A DNA stretch of 64,000 bases, taken from assembly GCA_046563655.1 (NCBI GenBank), contig CM102286.1, positions 11,160,001 to 11,224,000 on the forward strand, written 5' to 3'. The notes below the pieces were generated by a model that did not search any database, had not been told where the DNA came from, and saw only the letters and a program-made list of their open reading frames with translations. Shown piece by piece: positions 1-10,600 of the stretch. Every line of letters begins with the position of its first letter. The stretch's first letter is position 1. Origin of the DNA: Yuukianura sp. NJ FZ-2021. Taxonomy: Eukaryota. Position numbers and translations under genes: made by a program.

Positions 1-657
1 CCCTGTCTTGATTGTTAGTAAAAATTCTGGATGGATTTTTACTTTAGTTTTGGTTTATTCAAGTAAAATGGGCAGTGTCAATCAAAAGAGAAATACAGAC
101 TGTGGTGCAAAATGGATTTTAAAATGCATCATGCAAAATTTCGAAAAAGTAGTGAAAGGACTAAAAGTGTCTAGACAACTCACTTTTAGGTAAAACAGTA
201 CGTGAATAAAAAGAAATCACTAAGAATTTGACATACCGCAACAAAGGGACAAAAAAAATAATTTTTTTAAAAGTTCACTTGAGATTTGCTTGTCCAGTGA
301 CGGCGGCGGCGGTATGCATCTTTCAAGTTGCTTATTGTCACTTCCAAACTGGACTGGAAGATTAATAGGACGAGTTTTTGCATTTACAGGTTTTCCTTGT
401 TTCAGTTCCTGGCAATCGCCGTTTATGTTTTTGTCTCCGTCTGCCTCCAAATCGATAGTCTACCTCACTCGTCAAAAATCAATCGTAACCCTGTATTTTT
501 CTACTCCAAGATTTTACCGAAGCACCAGAAATACAGATCGAATCAGCGTTGCTTACCAACAAGGTTATACCTACATTTCATTTGTTCACTTTACTTAAAA
601 TCAAAATTTTCTATCATTTCAATCACGTTTTCTCAAAACGTTATAGATTATCGAAGT

Positions 658-1720
658 ATGTCAGAAAAGAAAAGTGGAATTTTGAACTGGGCCAATGAAA
701 ATGGAGAGTTCGTTCGAAAAGTTTCGCAGTTTCGGAACAAAATTTCGGCGGACGGTCCTTTCCCACCAGAATCCGGTCGTTACCACCTCTACATCAGTCT
801 TGCTTGTCCATGGGCTCACCGAACGTTGATGGTTCGACAACTGAAAGGACTCGAAGAGGTCATAACTCTATCTGTCGTGCATTACCTTATGGGGGAAAAC
901 GGATGGGAATTTCGATCAGCTGATGAAGTTCCAGGATGTATTCCGGACAACGTCACGAACGCCAAATTTCTAAGAGAGATCTACTTTCAAAGTGAGGTTG
1001 GAAATGCATCAAACTATTCTTTGTTTGGAATTTTTTTAATGTATTTTTTAAATAGCCAAACTATGACGGACGCTTTACCGTTCCGGTTCTCTACGATAAG
1101 AAAACAAAGCAAATTGTAAACAACGAAAGTGCAGAAATTCTGCGAATGTTCAATTCTGAATTCAATGCGTTTGCCAAGAAACCAAAACTGGATCTGTACC
1201 CGACCTCACTTCGTCAAAGAATTGACGAACTCAATGAAATCATCTACAAAGGAATTAACAATGGCGTCTATCGCGCAGGATTCGCGACTGCGCAAGGTGC
1301 TTATGAAGATGCAGCAAAGTTGGTCCATCAAACACTCTTGGACACGGATAAAAGTTTGGGTGAAAATGAATTCATTTGCGGCGGTGTCCTGACCGAAACG
1401 GATATTCGACTTTTTACGTCCATCATTCGTTACGATGCCGTGTATTACGGTAAGTTTTTGCGTTTTACGTATAGCAGTTTTTAATATTGTTAATTTAGAA
1501 CACTAATTCTGTGATGTAACATTCAGGACACTTCAAATGTAACCTAACCTCCGTCCGCGAACTTCCGAATATCACTCGGTGGATGTTTGCCATTTTAAAG
1601 CTTCCCGGAATCAAGGATACTGTCAACATGGAACATATCAAGAAGCACTACTACATGTCTCATAAAAATATAAATCCTACGGGAATTGTCCCATTGTACA
1701 ATGGCCCTATCGATAATTAA
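658..1720 (+). CDS. Glutathionyl-hydroquinone reductase (Xi-class GST, YqjG/ECM4-like); exons ~658-996, 1056-1449, 1527-1720
   Basis: Motifs GRYHLYISLACPWAHR (catalytic CPWA), YDGRFTVPVLYD, IVNNESAEI, INNGVYRAGFA, IRYDAVYYGHFKCN and HIKKHYYMSH..INPTGIVP. Two GT-AG introns restore one continuous frame, with TAA at 1718-1720. Confidence 0.93.
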
Positions 1721-1976
1721 ATTTAATCGGATTGTTAATTGTTTTTTGGCTTTGTGTATTAGTATTGTTCATCGCGGCAAATTCAAAGCCTAATAATAGC
1801 TCTCCAAAAATGTGTTTTAAAATTCCCGATTGCGTTCGTTTTTGCGTCATGCGTGCCACCTATGCCTGAAATAAACGTTTGAAAGGAGTTAGCGTCATGT
1901 TTCTTTACCGCTTGCATTGTGCAAGTGCAACTAGCAGTTAACCAAGGAATTTTTCGTGGTTTAGATTCACAGAACA

Positions 1977-4900
1977 ATGACAATAATAATTTTTGAAATC
2001 TTCCAAAGACTTGTGTTTTTGATTTTTATGTGCTTTGTTTCCGTTAGTTACGGTGCCGAAAATGAAGCGTTGGCTAAAAAGTATTCTGATTTGTTTGATC
2101 CAAATACATTTTCTATGGTTAGCTCGAAAGTAAGCGGAAACAGTTTATCAAAATTTACGGAAGTGATTCGTAAAGAAATTGAAGTGATTCAAATACTTGG
2201 TCCTCGTAATAATGCCACTTTCAGTACATGGGGACCAGGCTCAAGTCACATGAAAGCAGTTACAAAACTCGAAAAACTTTTCAAAAATGGTAAGGATGAC
2301 GTCTGTAATTTACTAAGATTGATGAGCCTTTAAAGTCAAAATTGGTTTGGAATTTTTGGTAAATGTTAGAGGCAGATCAGGACATTGAGAAGATGCTTTC
2401 AATGGCGAAGGATTTGCGTGGAGTTGTGAATTCAAAAGTTTGGATCTCGGCGCTTCAGCGTGTTTCACTCCATGATAAAAGACTGCAGTCAATTGAGCGA
2501 CCGTCGTCGCTGGTAGTCATGCCAGATCTATTCCTACCAACCAAAGTGTTGCAAGAGGCCGAAGCAATTAAAAATGGAAAGACAGTTAAAGTAAAAAAAA
2601 ATTCTCAGTATTAGTTTATACTATTCCAATATTTAATTGAATTTGTTTTTTATTCTTACAAATTTGTAGTCATGCGCAGTGTTTGACGAAACTGTTTGTC
2701 GGGGTGCAGGCGAAGAAGATAATAAATTATGGTACCTAAGAGAAGATCTTATGGCCAACTCGCATCACTGGGTAAATTTATATGTTCGGAGATGGAATTT
2801 TATTGCGTTTCAAAAATATTTAAACCGGAAATTGTTTAAATAATTTTTTTGTAAAAACTTCAAAGCACTACCATTTGGCGTATCCATTGGTGGATCTAAT
2901 TCGTGAAAGACCGGACAGACGCGGGGAATTGTTTTACTTTTTCCATCACGTCCAAATTGCTAGGTTTGTCTGTATCGATAGTCGATATTATAATAATAAA
3001 ATTTGGCTTATTTTAATACACTATATATAATAATATAATATATAGTGCACTTAAATATAATCCAATTATTTTTTGTTCAGGTACAGAACTGAACGCATAG
3101 CCAACGGATTGCCGGAAGTCAAACCTATCGACGTCGTTGAAAACACGGTAATTCCTGAGCCATATGAAACCAGTTTAAATAATGATACTGCAGGTAAACT
3201 ATGGGCGAAGAGAGAACCTAACGGAAAATTGGTGGTGAGTCACTATTTGTTTAAATTATGCAAAAAGTATAATTTTATAAAAAATATTTATAAATAGTAT
3301 AACATAAGAAATAATTTTAATTTTAGGACGTACTTTACGACTACAATGATCATGACAGTTCAATTCCTTCCGGAACAAAAACTAAAACGATAACTGTAAA
3401 GGAGTTAAGCACTTTTCTTAAAAATATAATCGAAGCCATCAACAAAGGATACTTGATTGACGTAAGTTTTTGAATCTACGTGTTTGATTCAAATCGTTAT
3501 ACATGGTTAATAACCTGTGCACCTAAGTAACATAAGCGAGTCACCTTTCACCTGATCTGTCGATGTATGACTGGAAAAAGCTGGCACGTGATCTCCGTGA
3601 CTCCGTCACAATGTAGGCTAGAATATTGACACTGAAATAGATTTTGATCCACTGGAAGAAGTCCTTGACCTATAGTTCACATACGGAAATTACTCCCATC
3701 ACCGAGATGGTCATTTTCCCTGGTTCATATTGAATTGGTTAATGACCTTGACCTTTGACCCGGGAGGAGTTGACCCACCGCAATGACATTCACTAGTGAA
3801 TATCCCGGGTCACTAGGTGCCTAAGTCTACCGGTGAAAACAGATCCCAGAAATGCTCAACGGTTTCCAAGATAACTGCCGGAGACGCACGGCTAGACAGA
3901 CAAAGAAAAACCAATAAGTAGCTTTCGCCACTTAATAAACCAGGGGTTTGAAAAGTTCTTTCTTTTTTTGTTCAAGAAAAATGGAACGCATATCCCACTA
4001 AACAATTCCAATGGAATTGACTGGGTAGCTGAAGCCCTTGAAAATACTGGATTCATGGACATTAATCCAACACTTTACGGAACAACAGTTTTTGGATTTC
4101 ACAATTCAATTCACATTAACCTAGGTTTAATTGCAGATCCTACAAGGACACTAAAAGTAACTAAAAAAGCATTTAAAAAATATTGAACAAACATTTATAC
4201 TGGGTTCATTGCTTATGTAGCTTCCGCCGGGACCGCTTCTTCAAGCTGCCGTTGCGTTCCGTGATCCGGTATTTTTTCGAATTCATAAAACTGTTGACGA
4301 CGTGTTTGCTTTGCACAAGGAACGTTTAGTTCCTTATGAACCCCGAAATGTAAAATCTAATCCTATACATATTTTTTTCTTCTAAGAAATATCATAGATG
4401 TTTAAACTTGACCAGGGAGAGTTTTCGCTGGAGCTTCCAGGAGTACAACTCCGAGAGGTTGAGATTGACACAAAGAATGGAAAAAACAATCAATTCGACA
4501 CTTTCTGGGATTCGAACGATATCACTTTACCGCATTTTGGCGCTGACTTTTCAGAGAGGGCTGCTGGAACAACCGGGCCCTTTCACATTTGCATCAAACA
4601 CTTAAACCACGAACCGTTTAAGGTCAAGGTCAAAGTAGTAAGGATGAAGCTTAAACGTCTAAAAAAAGCTCCAAAGGTAGATTTTTTTAAAACGAAGCAT
4701 GGTTTATTTTCTAAGAATCGTCTTCCAGAGGCCAAAGTTGAAAAGGTCACGGTACGAGTCTACATGGCTCCAACAGTTGACGCTCATGGGAAGCAAATTC
4801 CAATTCAGGAGCAGTTTCAATTGTTCTTTCCACTATTTGTCAAGCAGGAAGTTCCAAGTAAGCTTATTTGACAATGTCTATGAAGAGTATACATAAAATA

Positions 4901-5533
4901 TAAATATAAAATATAAGAAGTCTTTAATTTTATATTTGCTTAAAATTAGTAAAACCGGGATGCAGCACTATTACATTGGAAGATAAAGATTCCGACGTAA
5001 CTGTTGAATGGCCGCGGTCATTATCCACGGTGCAGAGAGACACAAAAGCAGTAAACGAAAAACCAATTTGTGGATGCGGATGGTAATAAAAATAGCAACA
5101 ATATTTTTCCGTTAACAATTTGAAAACTATTGTATGAAAAATACGTGCCGCTAGGCCCCAGCATCTGATGCTTCCCAAAGGAACCCCAGAGGGACAATTG
5201 TTTGACCTATTTGTAATGCTTACAAACGGAGAAGAAGATAAAGTGACTGATGCAAAAGGTCGAGTGGCAGATTCAAATGAAATTGGTTGCAAACCTGCGC
5301 ATGTTACTTGTGGAATTCCGGGTCAAAAGTACCCTGACAGGAAACCCATGGGTTACCCCTTTGACCGGAGACCCAATGTCAACGGAAGTTTGGAGTCATG
5401 GGCTGCTCAAGTTCCAAACATGAAAATACTCCAAGTAAAAAGTCAAAAAACTTCAAAATGTACATCAACTCACCTAATATTTCTAAAATTTTTCCAAATT
5501 CAGGTAAAAGTGAAATTCTCGGAGAAGCGATAA
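1977..5533 (+). CDS. Secreted type-3 copper protein, hemocyanin/prophenoloxidase superfamily (copy A1), multi-exon
   Basis: Hydrophobic N-terminus ending VSYG-AE. CuA ANSHHW|HYHLAYP...DRRGELFYFFHH; CuB FHNSIH...FRDPVFFRIH; HLNHEPF, CGCGW|PQHLMLPKG and YPDRKPMGYPFDR. Many short GT-AG introns. Confidence 0.9.
3500..3937 (-). mobile_element. HINE/Helentron-like non-autonomous element (family 2) in an intron of copy A1
   Basis: Intron 3462-3976 is 515 bp versus 73 bp (23979-24051) in paralog A2. The minus strand begins TTATTAAGTGGCGAAAGCTACTTA..TGTCTGTCT and contains the TGACCTTGACCTTTGACC motif seen at 19.0-20.7 kb. Left boundary approximate. Confidence 0.7.
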
Positions 5534-5838
5534 CCATACTTCCTGATCAACTACTACAACTAATACAAATTACTACGCGTGAAGTGGAGGTAGAGGTCAA
5601 TTATGACGGCTACTGTAAACGTAAAATGAAAGGTTAGGTACAGTAACCTAAGGTCGAAAGTTTTATAAAAAAAAAATTCATTCATGTTTATCCTTGAGAA
5701 TTGTAAAACATAACTTAAGCAGTAAATGTGTATATTGTTTTATAACATAACAAGTATTAATATAACTTTGCATACTATAAAATGTCCCGTTCAAAAGTTT
5801 ATACACTTCTTTCCGAATTTGTTCCAAGACGCCGCACC

Positions 5839-6017
5839 ATGCCATTTCCTAAAAAATTTCAATTTCCAAAATTATCTTTTGTATTCATCTTAATTATTTT
5901 GATTTCCTTTATTTTGTGCTGAGCTGGAGTTAGGGGATCGTTTGCAGAAAAATTATGCCGATCTATTCGATCCCAATACATTTGTATACGACGAAGCAGG
6001 AGTGGGAAACTTCACTG
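5839..6017 (+). pseudogene. 5' fragment of a pseudogenised copy of type-3 copper gene B
   Basis: Close match to 25885-26064 (MPFPKK.QFP). A 1-bp loss gives an early TGA, and homology stops abruptly at 6017. Confidence 0.88.
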
Positions 6018-6063
6018 AGAAATCTCAATTGATTCACAAGTGTAGTGCACTTATCGAAATTGT

Positions 6064-7393
6064 TGTAGTGAAAAAGGCCTTTTAGGCCTAAAGAAACAAG
6101 ACAACACACTACAAGTTTAGGTTCTCCGCTTGTTGCGGAGTGGAACGAACTTTTTTATTCAAAGTTAAAGGAAAATGAAAAGTGCTGTTTGACCTCGCAG
6201 AGGTCAAACCGCGAGTAGTAAAGGTGAACTCTGTTCCAAACGGAGCAGAGTCACAGTGTAGAATGCATTGTATGTACAGGCGGCGCTGGGTCCTTTTATA
6301 GGGCCCAGACCGGAAACCACAGGAGTAAAACTAGAGTCCAGGTTAGTCCAAATTAACATATTTGCAAATTTAAAATCTATTTTTAACAAAAGACAAAGGA
6401 ACTTTTAATTATAAAAACTAATTATGCAATTTGACGTGAACTATGAGGTCGCTGACTTCTTTTCATCACATGGTAAACACTTTTGAAACTATGATTTCCA
6501 ATTTTGTGATTCCTTTTTCAAAATTTTACAATAATAAATAACGTTTACAGAACGATTTGGGATTTAAAGGGGTTCTGACCTTTGCAACTCTTTTTAGTAG
6601 TAGGTTAAAAAAATACAGTAAACCCTCTCGTTTAGAAACTTCAACTTCAACAAGATAATATTTTGTACCCAAAACGCGAAATTTGAAGGTGAAATTTGCC
6701 AGTTGAGAAGTTACTACTCTCGAAATGTATCCTCCGTACCCAACAACATAAACTAAAGGTGAGGAGGGTGACAATCAAATAGACACACTTGTGTGTTACT
6801 TTTGACATTTCATAATTTGACTGTGGATTAGTAACTTAAAAAACACTTTGTACCAAAGGTCTTTGTGGGCACTTGAAATGAGCCGCGATTACTTCAACCG
6901 TAATTCTACCAGCGAAACGCCTATCAATTACGTAATTACTTTCCTAGAACTTAATTCTATACAAATTGGAGGTCAACACGTAGTAGTAGCAAGGGAAATG
7001 TTAAGGTAAAGGAAAGTATCGTATATCGTAATCTAAAGTATAACTATTTTATGTCTCCCTTTGTCGTACGTAAAACTAGCATTAGGTAAACAAAGGAGTA
7101 AGATAAAGGAGTAACTTGTAACTCCTCGTTTCCGGTTTTACGTTTGTCCCTGACCGTATAAATACGGCCAGAAGCCAGCCCAGTACATTCATTACACTTC
7201 TTCCTTCTGCTCTGCTTGGAGCAGGAGACTTTTCTACAACTCGCCAGTTTGACCTCTGCGAGGTCAAACTGAGCTTTTCACATTCCTTTTAACTTTGAAT
7301 ATAAGTTCAACTTTTGACTTCCAACAAGTAAGAAAAACAAAACTCGTAGTGTTGTCTCTTTATTTTAGGCCTAAAAGGTCTGTTTTCACTACA
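6064..7393. mobile_element. 1.33 kb TGTAGTG...CACTACA element with long diverged terminal inverted arms (solo-LTR-like or foldback)
   Basis: 6064-~6330 and the reverse complement of ~7110-7393 align: TGTAGTGAAAA..CCTTTTAGGCCTAAA, TATTCAAAGTTAAA, TTTGACCTCGCAGAGGTCAAA. No clear TSD (TTGT/GTGT) and no coding remnant recognised. Confidence 0.65.
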
Positions 7394-7674
7394 GTGTACA
7401 GCTACAATTACGGCCGTAAAGGTCCAAAAAATAGGTTTTGACGAAAGTTGGAATTTAAAATTAAGAATAATAATGCTTTGAGCGAATCATCTAGAACAAG
7501 GAATTCGGCCGTCAACTTTATTCTATTCAATTCAAATGTCAATGAACCAACCGCATGACCTCCTTAATCTTAAACCCCACGTCCAATTTTTTCTACACGT
7601 CAGTCTCTGTTAGGAATACTACTTGACAGTTGCTAAATTAATTGATTCCTAACCGGAAGAAAGTACCTGCCAAA

Positions 7675-10600
7675 ATGGAGTATGTGTATTAACTTGTATG
7701 GAGTATGTGCTTGTTTTACGGTTTGACTGAAACCTAACCTAACCTAAAACTTCATCTTATTTACAAAATTCTTTATTTTAGCTCATTTAGAATTGTCTGG
7801 TTACTTGGCCTCATGATCTATTTTACTTCGAAGGTAAGGTGTTAACTTTGAAGATAGAAAGATACTAATTGTAAGGTAATTAGTGTGTAATAGAAAACTA
7901 TAATATAAATGTAAAAAAGGGCCATAAAAGGGGTTCTTCTGTACATGACATTTGTTTACAGGTTACGTTGGCCGACGTTGTTTGCAAAAGTGATTTGGAC
8001 TGCCGCGCTAAAAAGGGGGTAGATGTGCACACAAATCAAGTGCGGGACACAGTAACGGATGCTATTATGATGAGGTTGAAACCTAATTAAGTATTAAATG
8101 CCATACTAACGAGTGAACATTCCCAACCGGTCGTCATGTCTTTGAATTTAAAAAATAGTCATATTCTGTATGTCGAAACAAACTTTGCCGCAGTGGTTTC
8201 TGTTGCCAACGCCAAAAAATAATTATCCCGGTCTGGGATCCAACCCGTTTTGTGTTGAATAATTCGACCTAAAAAATATTTTTTCCTTTTTAGTCTTCTG
8301 GAGACGCATGTCTACGACATGCTGAAGAAGACTATTGATACGACTTTGTCTGTCTGTCTGTCCGTCTGTAACGTTTTTTAGCATACTTTCCACTGAAACA
8401 TTAGCACCATCGCAGTCGGGGGTTAAGTATGGCTCAAGAGTTTTCAGTAGGTCTACATTCCACTCAAAGTGTTAAATTAACAACGTAGAAGTTGGCGGCT
8501 ACTTTACGTATCCGCTGTATCGTGGCTTGGCGAAACTGTTTTGGTCTCGATTGCACTCAAAATATTTATATACAACGGAGTTTTGATCTGGTCATTTTCT
8601 GACAGTATGTTTAATTACGTTGTTAATTTAAGACTGAACAGAGGGTAAAAAATCCGGCTTAAATGTTTAACATGCGAATAGTGCATAAAAGGTATCAAAT
8701 TTGCATTTACTAGAAATTTTTATAATTTCGATTTTCACAAGCGATATTCGACCCACCCACTCAACGCTCAATTTTGTGCATGATGCACACAACTGAAAGT
8801 TTGTGCATGCTTGAGAACAATTGTGCATCAAAATTCGATTTCGACATCATTATGTTGAGGCCGTTTGATTTACGCTCTTTTCGCTCATAGTACATTGCCA
8901 TGGCAACACCGACAATACATTATGTGCATCTTGCTTAACAAATTAAGAACATCAATTCAGTGCAAATATTTTGGGGTTCAAAACTGGAACATGATTTTTG
9001 TGCAATTAGATGGTAGAATAGCCAACAGAATTTTGATGCAACGCATGCACAAAATAGGACCTCGCATCCACACTGAAAATTTTGAGCGACGTTTTGGTGC
9101 ATCAACTCCAAGAAAACGGTTTCCCATTTCTTCTACAATTTTGTCCATAGTTTTCCGGTAGGCCGGTCTCAATGTCGTATCAATTGTCAACTCCCTCCAG
9201 AAGACCTATGCTCAACCCTTGAGCATTGCCCTACCTTGTTTAATACCCTTTGCACTGCAACATTACCTCCATTATTGACGGGGTGTCCTGTATCGCTCAA
9301 GTGTTTTCTCTACCTCTACATTGCACTCAAAGTGTTAAATTAACAACGTAAAAGTTGGTGGCTACTTTACTGTTCAGATCAAATAAGAAACCGCAAAAAC
9401 AGCTGCACGTCGCCATGTGCTTTTTTCCCATAAGGAAAAAGAAGCTCCTCATTTCTTCCTTCCTTCTCTGAGAAAAAGGGGAGCTTCTTTTTTGACAGCG
9501 AAGAAGCGGAGAATTTGAAATTGCGCGGCATGCAGGTGTTACCGGCAATAAATGATTTTTTTCTTATAGGAAGAGCCCACCAAAAAAATACTGTTTTGGC
9601 GGTAACACCTGCATGCCGCGCAATTTCAAATTCTCCGCTTCTTCGCTGTCAAAAAAGAAGCTCCCCTTTTTCTCAGAGAAGGAAGGAAGAAATGAGGAGC
9701 TTCTTTTTCCTTATGGGAAAAAAGCACATGGCGACGTGCAGCTGTTTTTGCGGTTTCTTATTTGATCTGAACAGTACGTACCCGCAGTTTCGTGGCACGG
9801 CGAACACATTTTGGTTTCGTTTACACTCAAAATGTATTTAAACAACGAAGTTTTGATCTGGTCATTTTCTGGCAGTATGTTTAGTTACGTTGTTAACTTA
9901 AGACTGATTAGAGGGTAGAAAATGCGGCTTAAATTCGTAACATGTAAAAAGTGCATGACAGGGTTCAAATTTGCCTTTGCAAGAAATTTTTATTATTTTG
10001 ATTTTACACAAATGATATCCGCCTCTATTACTTATGCACTTGAATTAACACATGGTGCATGTATTTTGATTTTTAAGAATCTATAATTTACACCTGCCTC
10101 TCAACGTTTAATATTGTGCACACTTATAAGTAGATGCACAAATGTCAAATTGCGCAGTTATTTTGACGCTGGGTAATGAATGTTGTTATTTCAACATTTG
10201 TGCATACTTGAGAACAATTGCACATACATCTTTAGAATGGTGATTACATCCGAATAATTGTGCATTTATATGAACAGATTTAATGGAATTCTAATTTTCT
10301 TCATTCTTGAGAACAATTTGATGCAGAAACGTTGTGAATCAAAATAATTTTTAGGAGAGTGAAAACGGTTCAGGCTAAAGCTGAACAACATTCTTATGCA
10401 AACGTTTTTTTCTCATTTTGGTGCAATTGTGGACAAAAAGGCCCCACATCTGCACTGAAAGTTATAAGCGACGTTTCGTTGCATAAATCTCGTGAGAACG
10501 GTTTCTTGACGTTTTTCTTCAACGGGTTTGTCGACAGCTGGTCTAAAAGTCGTATCAATTGCCAACTCCCTCCAGAAGACCTATGCTCAACGCTTGAGCA

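Noticed and set aside
328..657. N-terminal extension of the 263 aa ORF
   Set aside because: Non-ATG start. Family similarity begins at the ATG at 658, and the upstream DNA looks like UTR or decayed repeat.
9327..9841. Identical ORFs on both strands
   Set aside because: Artefact of the MITE palindrome.
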